This document shows, one piece after another, positions 10,737-24,300 of a DNA stretch of 64,000 bases; within the stretch, counting starts at the first letter, position 1, and every line of letters begins with the position of its first letter. The position numbers and the translations under genes were made by a program. Under the pieces are notes generated by a model that worked only from the letters and a program-made list of their open reading frames with translations, was not told the origin of the DNA and did no database searches. The stretch is taken from the NCBI RefSeq assembly GCF_000002075.1, contig NW_004797766.1, positions 280,315-344,314 on the forward strand, in the 5' to 3' direction. This DNA is from Aplysia californica. Its lineage: Eukaryota.

Positions 10737-13557
10737 ACACCTGGACTCCGGCCCAGCTTCTGGCGGTCCGTCTCTGGCTGTTTCGCTTTCGATCTGATGA
10801 CAGAGTCCTCGGCGCTCGGGGGCTTTGGGAATGCGTTGTATAACAGAAGCTAGGGTCGAAATAGCCGCGGTTCCACTTTTCGCAAAAAGACAAACAACAA
10901 ACAAAAATTTTCAAAAGAACGAAAAAGGAAAGAAAGAAAGGAAGTAAGCATTTCACAGGTTTTCAACAGTTTTAGAAAATAATATGTAAGTTATTGTAAG
11001 CATTCGGTTGAGTTATTACATTTTTAATATTGTGTAAACAATTAAAGTTTATGCTAAAAAAAAATTGTGATTAAAATGTATAATACATTATTTCTCGTAT
11101 CACGACAGTGCTGAATGTTCTTTAAAAGAAGTTAAATATTATAAAATGGAATAGAAGGAGTACATACGACGAAGGACTAGTTAACTGAATTGCAGTCTGC
11201 CTGTTGGACTGTCTCTGTTTTAGGGGTCATATTTTAAAGTAATTGATCTTCCAGTTGAATGGGACATCATTTGGTTCCTTAGAAAATTGTCTTACTTTAA
11301 AAGTAGAAGTGCCAATTCATTGACATCAGAATTTTGCAAATGCAGGGAAAAAACACCCCCAAGTTCTAGACACATTATGTTATCTTAAATAGACTCTTGC
11401 TTTCGGAAAACATTCAGAGATGCTTACACATGGACTGTTTGTTGAAAAATCTGTGATAAAAATTGACTTCATGTTTGTTTTACTCTCTGAAGACGGATAG
11501 ATATAATCATTATTATATTGATGCTGACTGCTGTAATATTATTTTCTTACATTTATGTAAAAATATGTTTAGAACCCATTTTGTCATTTTTGGTCTGTTT
11601 ACAACCATTGCTCTAAGAAATGGTTGAAAAGCCTGTACTGGGGAGACTTCATTTTCTTTCTTCTTTTTTTTTTGCGATCCTTTCATGAATTATTGCTCAT
11701 GTAGATTTTAACCTTTGTTCTGTGAGAAAAAATGATTAATTTCATAAACCTTTTCAATGTTTTTGTCTCACGGTGCTTACGATAGCATTTTGTGAGAAAT
11801 ATCTCAGATGACATGACATCACGGGCTGTCTCAAGACACACACACACAACACACCTGTACACACATATATGCACGTAAAGAAACAATCATAATACTCCAA
11901 GAGCAAAGCAAGACACTTACAAAACAAACAAACCAAAATCAGTTATATATATATTGTAAAGTCTATATCTATATAGGCTCATGTAGGTATAAGTGAAACG
12001 ATTCAGGCTGTGGTTATTTTTGTGATGTGATCGTATATTATTTTAATTTAAACAGACATCTTATTGGTCTGAATGATGGTTAATATTTTTATTAATTCAA
12101 TATTCAGTCTATTAACTCACTTGATTTTAATGCGACTTCTATGCAAGAAAAAATAAGTAAAATAGTGAGTTATGTACGAGGTAAAGATTTGTATGCTTCT
12201 GTATTTGTATTATGAAACATTTGATTACAACAACTTGAACAAGGTACCTATTGTGTAAACCTTTGTACAAGCCGGAATGATGTGTGTTACAAGCGTCATA
12301 TACTTCTAAATTTCAATTATTGTTTTTTCGCTGCGACTGATGAAGTGCTAATGCAACTCACTAAGAGGGAAAAAGAGATTAAGAGTTCTACCAGGTTATT
12401 TATCTCTCTCGCACATGACTCAAATATTATATCATGATTTTGTGAGTGAAACTAAGTGTGTATCCAAAGTCTTGATAACAAAGAAAATTATAAGAATGTC
12501 TATTTACTATAAGAACAAAAGTATTTGCTTTTAGAGAATAGCTCTTAGAGTCTTTCCTTATTTTGTCACTTTCAAAATCCACTTTGCTATTTGCCAGTCA
12601 AGAGTCAAGAATTGCTGATTCCAGATCATTCAATGTCCATTCTGAACCAACACACACATTTCTTCATTGAATCAAACATTTTTCCTGTACTATTTTAAGT
12701 TACTCTCCTTATGTCACTCTATGCATCAATTGTCAGTTATTTGTTTTACCAATTTGTCTCGCTTACTTTATTTCTATGGATGAACTGAAATTACTCCCTG
12801 TGTTTGCTCTAGTTTATTATAAAAATGTTGTCTGTTAAAGCAATGAGTGCCTTCTCATTTGCCCAAAACCTGTGACGTAATTCAAACCGTCCTTGAGCCC
12901 AAAATATATTGATGTGACCTTGTAATGTTGCCACATTTATCTAGTTTTTAAGACTTTTCATTTTTTATACACGTTTCCAGTATGCTAAAATAGCTACCAA
13001 TAAGCCGTCCAACCTTTTATGATTTTCTGATAAAATGAGGGAATGAATAAATTATATGAATAATACTTACTATTAGTGAACTAGCGTCTAAGCAATTTCT
13101 TTTATTAAATAAATCATCTTGAAAGAAACTGCATGTTTTCTTTATATAGTTTTCTTTCCAACTCTTATTTCTTGTTAATGCCTTGCCTAAGACTATATTC
13201 AACAATGATACCATCCATATAGTACTGTCTAGCATGCATATAGGGAAATACCCAGATAGCAAACAGATTATCGTGTCTCGAATGTTTTCTCCTGCATTAC
13301 ATTCTTTGCATGTAAAACACACACATGGCCAAAGCCATATATAAAGATAAAATTTTCGCACCTCGCCAATTTCGCTCTGCGTGTGCTAGACTGTATATAT
13401 CTCCAGTACTAGCAGAGGACCTGTAACTATCAGTTCACAATATTTGATCAATATTGAAATGTCAAAGCCTGTGCGTACTGACAGGTGTGTTGTGATGGTT
13501 AGAGTTAGACATCAGCCTTTGCACGCAAAAGACTTTATCGATTCCAGCATGATGTCT

Positions 13558-13893
13558 TAATAATAATTATAGACAGCATTTTTATAGCTCAAATTCCCGA
13601 TCAACAGCAAGTCTATACTCTTCACAATCTATACTATTAGCCCAGCAGACCTGAGGGCATTCTGAAACAACCTCAACTTCCTGGGAAGCATACAATGCAA
13701 GCGGCCACTTATAAGCGCTAAAACACTAACATACCGACAAGATCTTTTGCTGTCTATGGCCGGGTACCCATTTCCACCTTGGTGAAAGGAGGAAAATTCC
13801 CAAGGGCACAACGTCAGGCCCGCAGCTCAAACCCCCGAACCCGCAACCTCTCGATTAAGAGTTCGGTAGTCTAACCACTAGGCCACCGACGTC
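13558..13893 (-). mobile_element. Second copy of the CORE-type SINE
   Basis: Colinear with 24127-24481 (gacaagatctt...gctgtctat.gccgggtacccatt..cacc; accactaggccaccgacg). Confidence 0.82.
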
Positions 13894-15170
13894 ACCATGT
13901 TATCGAGTGTCTTCATCTTTCTTCTGGGATGACATATCTCACTCGGCCTAGGATGAGCCATACAGGCCAGGTCCAAACAGTCTGTAAAGACTCTAAAAGG
14001 TGTTGATGGGGGCAGAAAATATTTACACCCTTTACTTATCAACAAGCTTGTATACAGCTGAATTTTTTTTAATGCCCAACACCAATGCTGCTATAACATC
14101 CTCACAAATCAAGCAACCACTTCCAGGGAACAGGCACTTTGTAAGAAATATATATAGATCAAACACAGTTTTTGAGGAAGGCATACTCATTCATTTATTT
14201 GCCATACATATAAAGATAAAAACTTTGATGCAAACATTGAACATTCATTATTTTGTTCAAAGACTCCAGTACCAAATGGACGAATCTTGAGACCATTCTT
14301 TCTTCCATTTTGCTGCGACTTGATGACATTCTGATTAAAAAGCTCAGCTATTTTTACTTTTTTAATACAGGTAAAGTTACTCGCACAAGTTTTTTCACTA
14401 AAATTTACACTTCAGACATAAGGAGTATGTATTTAAAAAGGGCCTTTTGTTCAATACATAATCTCCTTCTTCATAATAGAGGCTGACCATTTTCAAGATT
14501 ATACTGACATATTGAAAGCATCATTCAAAATTTTGTATAAGAACCATACAAATTTCATTTTCATTACATAGTTATGCCAATTATGACTGGATCCCTATAG
14601 CATTAAGTATAACCATTCTGTTAATGAAATAATATTTTTTTAAAAAGCATTTGGCAGTGAAACACATAAAGCACTTATAACTTTTTACTAGCTTTCAGTG
14701 AGAGGAAAGAATCCTACGTTTTAAAAATGGAGCTGACAAAACAATTCAACAGCTTGTCAGCTTTCCTGAATAGAAATGAAAAATCAATGCCATTCAAAGA
14801 GACAATATCAGGCAAACTGAGTTTGCAGCTACTCCAAATTGTTCAATGTCTAGTTAGAGCATAAAAAAAAATAATTTATGTCTGTGTCAGTTGTTTGCAT
14901 AGTTTTACTTTGGATACTAAAGCAACATGCATAAATAGCTATCAGAACCTATTTGATAACTGACATACACAGAACACATTTTTTCTCTCAAGATAAACAC
15001 ATATTTTTGGAGAAGATCACTTTGAGATAGAGCATTGAGATGACACATAATGTGATACGGAAGAGCAAAAAAGGCCTGAGTCAAGAGTCCATGTGGTAAT
15101 ATCAGCAAGCAAACAACAGCACATCCCAGCACTTTCACAAATACAGCTATGCTTCACACATAAGTCAGCA

Positions 15171-15280
15171 CTAATCATCGTCATCACTACTATCATCGTC
15201 GGCTCGTTGCCGTACAGAAGACTTGTGGCCATAGATTGTCTTCTTAGAGGGGTCCTCATCCTCCGCAAGCTCAATAACTC
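15171..15280 (-). CDS. Plp1/TXNDC9-like last exon
   Basis: (G)VIELAEDEDPSKKTIYGHKSSVRQRADDDSSDDDD*. Confidence 0.93.
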
Positions 15281-18200
15281 CTAGGGGAAAAAAAAAGAAA
15301 ACGGAGGGCATAATTAAACATTGATACCGAGCAGCCCATAGGCTATAATCAGTCTGCATTTCCAAAAACAAGGGATGATGTTCTTCTATGGGTGCCACTC
15401 ACACACCACAACCACATAATATTATGGTGCTGGGACAGTGTCTTTTCTCTGTACTTATTTTAACTTTATTTTTAGCTCTCTTAGACTTTGAGGCTGAAAT
15501 GAGCACAAAAAAGTTACAACCCATGCAGTACGCCTCCTGTATTCAATAAGACCTATTTCCGCATAGAGTGAGAAAACAGAAGTACATACCATAGCCATGA
15601 CAACATCCATTCGGTACAAGGAAGACAAAAACAGACAGAAACATCCAGGGCACCCTCAATACACCTGCTTTTTATAACTATTTTGCATAAAACACATCAA
15701 AGAATAAATAAACTAATAAGCAAACAAAAAAGAAAAATAAGAAGTCATTTCAACCAGGTCTGGAAGAAGTAAACAAAACACAAATTCCTCCTCTAGTTTC
15801 CATCACGAGTAACACCGTATACACAATTTTTCATAAGAAATCTTTAAAAAGGGTTTAACTTATTACACAGAAAAGAAAAGAGTATAAAAGTTTGGTTTTT
15901 TTTAGGTTACTGAAAATAGAAAGGAAGTGAAGTCTATCATATCCAAGAAATTATTGATAATTTCACGGGGATCAAAATAAAGAGCCCTAGTCATAATGTG
16001 ATACGGACAATGTTTGAATACCACAGAAACAGAATGCAGATCAATGAAGGAAAATCAATTTCAGTTACCTTCAGGGGACGTTTCTAAGCTCGCTGATATA
16101 TTTACCTTTCAATATATTTATTTTAATATGTATAAAACAAAAACAAATTCAAATTAAAACACATCATTCCTAGTTACGGTGGGACACCTAGTTTCTAGGC
16201 TAGAACAAATTTATCTTGCTCGAGCACACATCTTAGTAACCACCCATCTAAAAACTGTAAGATTTGTACTGATATTCTTTGAGAATATTTATGAGGCAGC
16301 GAGGTGAAATCAGGCGCTCGTCACAATAACAAAATCAGAGAAAAAGGCATTTTTTCGGCAGTTTGGAAGACATTGTCGAATGTGTATTTTTTTGCTCAAC
16401 CACTTTGTCCAAATAAAAACACATTTTCATGTGAATTTTACTGAATAATTAAAGACACAAAATATGTCATTTTTCAGTTTTTGAGGATTCTTTAGCCATT
16501 GAATTTACCAAACTTTGGCGGCCATTTTCTCGCTAATTTCACCACGGAAACCAGGCAACATCATCTCCTTCAATAGAAAATATTTTGACTTCTACTCAAG
16601 ATAGATGGATATTTATTTCATTCGAAACAAGGCAAATGAAACAGCACCTGATTCCACTGCGTCGTACCATATTTTTTCTTTCACCACCTGACCGCTGGGG
16701 TTCCGGCCATGCAACTGACTTTTCTGCAGACTTAAGGCTCACACACATTTCAATTTAAAAAGTGAACGGGGGATAATAAAAAGCAAAAGCATTACCTGAC
16801 TTAGCCAGTCTCCTTTCCAATACCACGAAAGGGAAGTCATCTGTGTTGCCAAGCTCTTCAAAGCCAATAATTCTGTGTGGATAACAAAGGGACAAATTAC
16901 AAAAAGGTATATACAAAGGACCTTCCCGAGAACTTGTTGGGCAAATGCATGACTTATGACCTCATACTACAAGTGAGGATGATATAAAATTTAATCATCT
17001 CACACTCCTCAATTGCAGTTGCATGTTAGAAGACCTGACTTCGATTCCAATGTGGGGAGAACTCTTACTATTTTGGTCTTCCTGTGGGGATGTTTTATCC
17101 CTCTTAGCCAAGGCAGCTTCAAAGCCCACTCCTCAAATGATTCAATTGTGTTAATGTGGGCATAAAAATACCTGAACAAAAAAGAAAAAAAACCCACTCC
17201 TCTAAACAAGGCTCACACAAAATATAACTTCTGTAGCTGGCCAGTTCTTTCTACAGTACCATCTCAGTCAATTTGAGAACTTTTAGTATTGCCTAATATG
17301 TATTCAGCTATTCCCAATATATACATTCTTTTCCTATCAACTACTAGGTACTGACAAAAGCTGGGTACACTAAGGAAAACAGCCAACATACCTCTCCTAA
17401 AGAATGGCTACAATGCGAAACCCAGATAAGCAAGGACTCAATCCTGCAATTTTTTTATAGCGAGTCCATTGACTTTCCTATAAGACCAAGAAAAGCCAAT
17501 TCAATTTTCAGACTGACTGGTTTCATCGTAAAACAATTTTGAACAAAAATAAAAGAGGTGCAATAGTCTCCTTCAATCAACATTTTTTTCCTCACTCATA
17601 TGGAAAGTGAAAGACTTTACCAGGTATTATATGGTATTTCCTCAAAGAACCCAAAGGTTATGGAAAATTAAGGGAACCACAAATCATCACAAAGCCAAAA
17701 AATGAAAACCATCCTCCTGCTCAAAAATCATAAAAATGGCAGCTCGTCTCTGAATTTACACTTTCATTTATGAACTGCCCTTTCCTCCATGCAGTGACAA
17801 TGCACGTTTCAGTAACAACTGAGGTACCTCATGAAAAAAAAAAAAGAAGCACAAGACTACCAGAAAACAGGAATGTGTATACTGGGGAGCAGGAAGCAGA
17901 TAGGTAAGGATTGCAGCGTGTGCATAGCAGGCTGCAACAATGTGGCCCTCCACAAAGACTGGCACGGTCAACTGGAAACATCTGGCATACTTATCATTAT
18001 CATACTAAGAAAGATTTTAAGAAGATACTTGCAAACCTTTCATTGGTAACAAACTTTATCCTATCCGTATGCCCTGGGGTCATTTCGTACCCCCGGGGTT
18101 GTATTCTTCACATTTTAGAATACTTCTAGTACGACGATCTCTCTGCAACTTTCAGTATTTCTCAAAAAATCATTTTGACAGACTGCTAAGCAAAGCGTAG

Positions 18201-18686
18201 GGATCGTATTAACAAGTAAATTTTCTCTTCAGAAAGTTGTGGCACGGAATTCCCCATGTCGTATGGATACGATAGTAAAACACGACGTACGAATAGGATT
18301 TTGTTAAACGTTTTAATTTTAAAAGTGTAAAGTAAGCAGGTAGTGTTGTGCAACATAATGTAAGTACCATTTAGTCATTGTCAACTCACAGAACTAATAA
18401 AAATGGAGTACAGCATCCCAGCAGAAAGATGGCGATATTTGCCAAAAAAGAGTTTTCCACGTATAACTCAAGCTCACACCTTTGGCACTCAATAGCTAAG
18501 AGTCAAACCACAACCCTGCAGAGTTGCAGCGCTTAACTGATACACACACATTAAGTACCATTGTCTCAAGCACTTTAGTCAACCCAAATCTAAGTCCAGG
18601 GGTGGAAACTGACCAGTCTAAAATTTACTGAAAGTCAGAGAGTGAGTGAGAAAAAGAGACAGGGACAGGACCAGCGAGAATGACAA

Positions 18687-18761
<75 letters not shown>

Positions 18762-21300
18762 GAGCAAAANNNNNNNNNNNNNNNNNNNNNNNNNNNNNNN
18801 NNNNNNNNNNNNNNNNNNNNNNNNNNNNNNNNNNNNNNNNNNNNNNNNNNNNNNNNNNNNNNNNNNNNNNNNNNNNNNNNNNNNNNNNNNNNNNNNNNNN
18901 NNAGGGTTGACAAAGAGAGATGGGGGAAATTTACAAAAAATTTGCATCCCTATAAGTCTAACCATTATCTTATTCCTTATGAAAGGAAGACGTAGACTAG
19001 TGAAAAACAATGTTTTTTCCCTGTTTACACACAAATAAATCCACAATGGTCATGGCTCGTACACTGCAAGAAAGGAGTTAGTGTCTGAAATAGTTTTCAG
19101 TGCTACCCACTACAGAGTGAACTACAGATATATAACAACATGCAGAGCACACAGCTCCTTTTCACAGCCACTGACCTGTCCACAACAATGCCTTTCTTGA
19201 AGCACATCACAACAGGGAGCATCTGGATCTTCAGCTTGGCAACAATAAAATCAGACTTTTCCACATTAAGCTTGGCAAACTTTGTGCCAAAATATTTCTT
19301 TGACAGTCTCTGGAGAAAAGAACCAAATTATTGTAAGTCATGAGACAAACATACCAGTGGACTTCAATTGAAGTGTTCATTTTTTTTAGAAGTATGAGCA
19401 AGAAAAAAATATGTTTTAAACAATGAAACAGTGTTAAAACTTGCCTACAACAACAAAGAGAATAAATGAGTGCAGAGAACTTCCGAAACTTTTCTAATGG
19501 AGACTTTCACTATTTTTCTGTCTCTCTGATTTACCATGAAAGGGCACACATGTGATAAACAGGAGTAAAACAGACAGATTTCTTATTGGACAAGTTACTT
19601 TACAAGACTAAACTTCCACAACATATTATAGAAAGTAGGCTTTATGCACTTTAAAATGAGCCATTACAATCAAATGGATGAAAAGTATAACATTCGGAAG
19701 CACCCTCAGCTTTTGGGATGCATTCAGTGCAGCTGTTACTTTACAGATACTTTAACTTTAACATTCTGACAAGATCTTTCACTGTCTGAGCCAGCACCCA
19801 TTCTTTATTGGGTGCAGTAAGGAAACTTAAAAAAAATTAAGTGTTTCTCCCAAGGAGATAGTATCACATCTGAACTGAAACTTAAAACCAAGTAGCCTAC
19901 CTGACTGCTGATAGTCTGAAGCCTGACAACTGAACAACTGACACCAATCAACTATCATATTCACATAAAGCTTCACCCCTCCTTACACTAACAAAAAAAT
20001 GCAAAGGAAAAAAAATCCCAACAGCCCAAGATTCAATAGATTAACATAAGGAATTTTGGCAGGCATCCATCTTATTTCTTTATCAAGATCTCTCTTTCAC
20101 TCTGTCTCTCTCTTTTCCCAATCTCTTTCTCTCTCATATGTACACACACACATTTATTATCTTTTTGGCTCTCTTTTCTCCATGTTACGTATCTCTTCTC
20201 TTTTGTTAACTCGAATAATAAATTGGAAACTTCCTATCTATTAAATTAACAATCAACAACTTTTAGCAAAATTTATTTTACTCAGTTTGAATCATACATT
20301 AGTCTTGTGACATTTCCTTTAAAAATGTAAAATATAGTGTTCAGAGCTCAGTCCCACCTCCATATGGACGTCCATTATGGAACAGCGTCTGAAATCAGGG
20401 TGGAAGAAATGAACCACACAGTATTCCACACTTGATGACGTCGTCAGCTCCAAGAAACTTTTCTCATCTGGTATGAGGCTGAGGAGAATGTCAGAAGAGT
20501 GTCTTTAACATGAAACACATCCTTTAATTCTTTGACCCTAGTTATTTCAACAGTTGAGAGATGTAGGCCTACTCAAAGCGGACGTAAATTAATTTGGAAC
20601 TTACAGGCTTGATTTTCAATATATAAACCCATTTTAACACTTGATCTTAAAAACGAAAACACATAGAACATGAGCAGGTGTTTTCTATAGTCTACATATT
20701 CCTAAATATCATTTTCTTTCAAGTGTCAAAACCAACAAAAACCAAGTCGCTGTGCAATGTCATCAATCATCAGTCAAGCCACCAGAGAAACAGGTACAAT
20801 TTGTCATAAAAAGTTGGAAATAGGCAAGGATAATTTTGAAACCATACATTAGGGATGGGCAGGTACCGGTACCCAGTACCAGAACTCCAAGTTCTACAGG
20901 AGGAGGTGTCAGTGCCGGCACCACGCCTCCAGTACCGGCTCAGGGAAGGAGCCGACACCAACAGGTTTTTTTTTCGGCCCACGCCTTCACAAAATCTGCA
21001 GTGTGTAGGCCTAGGCCTAGCAACTATGATGTCAGATGCACAATGCAGTGAGTGACCTTGATACATGACTTTGGATTCAAAATTGACGATCAAAAATGAA
21101 GTGTGCCTAAGTTTAAATATGGCATCAAATCAGGTCCTACATGAGCCACTTTGCTTATTTTGATACACTGATTCCGAAAATGAAATAAATTTTCTAGCGG
21201 TGATAGTCATTTATAAAATTCTGTATGCAAAGTTAAATCCGGCACGGTGGCAAACTTCAAAGGGATTTTGCATCACAGCTCGCCTCTCCAAATTCTGTGT

Positions 21301-21340
<40 letters not shown>

Positions 21341-24300
21341 GGGGATGCGACCGGCGCTAATTATGGCGCTAAACAGTCTCTGACCTCACCCCCTGGTGTC
21401 ACTCCCAGTATGGTGGTAGTTCTCAACACTCAGTGCTGGGAAAGGACTGGCACTGGGTTTCGCTGGTACCGCCCCGCACTACCATACATATGGTCTTAGT
21501 CATACCGCAATTTTTCCTGATATTAAAACCTCTCCAATCAGTACAATGACCATTGCAAAAACTCACGTGTATTCTCCAAAAGAAAGTTCTTTCATCTGAC
21601 TGAACTGGTGGGACTGTTGACGGAGAGCTTCAAGTCTAGCCTCCCGAATATGGGAAGGTATTTCTTCTTTCTCCAGTTCGGCCCATAGCTCCTGAAAATT
21701 CAGTCACATTCTGTTTTAAAAATACTACTGAATAGTGATAATAACAATAATAATAATAATAACAATAATAATAATAATAAATGATAAAGAACCAAAGAAA
21801 ATTACACTGTCTGGGTCTGTAAATTGCCTGTATTTCTTGCCATGATATTCCAAGTGAGTCTGGGAAACTTTTACAGTTAGCTCTCGTATTTAGATGTGTA
21901 CTTTTTAACACAGCAAAAATAGAAGGATTAAGACTACTTGGGCTAAGGTGGTCTTGACTGAGACTTTCTTTCCAAAAAAAGAATACAGTCGAACCTGCCC
22001 TGACGGCCACCTCTATAAGACGGCCACCAGTACAAACAGCCACTTTCCATTTCCCCCTTGCGTTTTTTCTATAAAATTTAACTGCGTTAAACAGGCACCT
22101 GTCCAACGAAGCCGCAGCCACCATATTTTAACACACAACCCCTCTCACAAGCAATAACACCTGTCTTAGACGGCCACCTTAGTGACTCCATTACGTTTTG
22201 TCATAAATTGCGCACTGGCCCCTGGCGTTGTGGGCGAGCCGTCATAATCCAATCACTTGTCGTTGTTGCTAGGTAGTCCCTCCAACCGATTATGTTGCGC
22301 AGGCCCCTCCCACTGCTGACCAATAGGTACCAATTTTCAGCTGCTGGTGAGGTAAGCACGTGATCCGTCATATCCCATAAGCCCCGCCCAGAACTCATAC
22401 ACAAATCATACGCGAGATTAGTGGTCACTGTTTACCCAGTCTGTAACAAAGTAACAATGGACTAGCAATGACAATGAAAAATTAAATTTTCATCCAAATT
22501 GCTTAAAATTATAAAATGGGCTTAAATGAAAATAAAGTACGTTCTAAGAACTATGGTTTTTAAATTTTTCAAATCCTTTGATAAATAAAAAAGTTATTGG
22601 GATTTTTGTTTGCAAAATTTGGGGGGACCTTCATATAGAGGGAAATATCGCCAAAATGTGGGACATGTCTTGATGTAATTTGAGGAAAAACTGTTCATAA
22701 GTCAGTAATGAATTGGAGTATATGAATGAAACTTGACATCTTCAAGTGATTTTTTGTGCAGAATCTAGGCCTGCTATCACTTTTTCAATGTCTTTATTAC
22801 TTTGGATGTTAAAGACTAAAATTTGCATGAAATTTGTTGAATTGTGTGACATCGTTTTTACTGAGACGCGATCTCCCCTTCTAAAACTCAGTGAAGCGGA
22901 ATCGGGAAAACCCGCAATGAAGTCATCGGTGACCTATTTGGTTGTTGTTGTTAGCGATCCAGTAGCATTTGAGCGTTAACTCTTCTGCATGATGCCATTC
23001 GGTAATAGCTGCATGTCTGTTCTAATTGTTGTCTTGAGGAGTAGAGGCAATTAGATGTGTGGGGTAGCTTGGGAAGAAAACATCCCCTTAAATCAGTTAG
23101 TTTTCTACAGAAGAAAAGATGACGTTCCACTGTCTCTGAGGGGTAGTCACATAGTGGGCAGGCAACAGACTGCTTTACTCCAATTCGGTTGAAATGTTGG
23201 TTGAGGGGTACATGTTGTGTTCAAAGTTGGAAGATTATGGATTGATCTCCCCTCTTCAACTCATCGATTGGATCTTTGACCAGTGGTTTATTCATATGGC
23301 CATACATCCTCCTTCCTGTCGTACATGTGGCCCAATCGTTCATCCAGTCTTCCTTGAGGTTTGACTTGATCATTTGGCAGCAGGTGGAGTAATTCGAAGG
23401 AATTTCAGGCTGAGGGAGGCTAGCTCCTTTCTTTGCCAGAGCATCAGCTCTTTCATTTCCCGGTATCCCAGTGTGGGCAGGAATCCATTGTAGGACTACT
23501 TTGACGTGGTGCCTACTTATCAAATTATATAGACTCCAAATCAAGTGCAATATATCTTTGTTCACATCAGTCCCACTCTCAAGTGTCACTAGTGTTGAAA
23601 GGCTGTCTGTAAAGATAACGATGTCTGTGGTAGCAAGTGGGTTAGTGTCAAACAAGTAGTTGATGTAGTTTGCTGTGTTGGTGATAGCATGTTGTTCGGC
23701 AATGAAACTGGAGCAGAAGGACCCGCTGGAATTAAAGACTTCTTTTTTTATCCCACTGGGCAAGTTGATCACTGACCCATATCCAGCGTTGATTGTTGCC
23801 TTAAAGGTAGATCCATCAGTGTATGAGTGGATACATGTTGGTGGATAGGAATCAATTGTTTCAAGGGCAGAATGTTTTAGTGCTACAGGATATGTGTTTT
23901 TATTGCTCTTGTCCAAAAGTGTTTTCCTAATTTTTGGCTTTGCTATGGTGAGATGTGGTGGGAGAGTTGAGGGAACTCTTTCCAGAGGTTCTCGTCTTTC
24001 AGGGAGGAGATGTTTTTCTTGGGAGTGTGATCGGTAGGCGGCATGTGATTGACCTATTTGGTTCTAGGCAGCCAATCACATGCCTCCTAGCGATCACGCG
24101 TCTCTTGCATGCCGGCACCTCGCGTTTAATAATAATAATAATAATAATAAATAGCATTTGTATAGCGCATATCCCCGCTCAACAGCAGGCTCTATGCGCT
24201 TTACACTATATTATTACCCCAGCAGACCACAGAACACTCCGAAACATTCTCATCTTCCCGGGAAGCATACAGTGCAAGCAGCTGATTAAGCGCTCAAACA

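Noticed and set aside
10776-10866. Hammerhead ribozyme (CTGATGA, hairpin, GGAAT)
   Set aside because: The second core box is GAAT rather than GAAA, and no stem I, stem III or NUH cleavage site can be built.
23221-23916. Host RNase H1 gene
   Set aside because: Intronless, lacks the hybrid-binding domain, and is followed by a stop-interrupted LINE CCHC knuckle; it is retrotransposon-derived.
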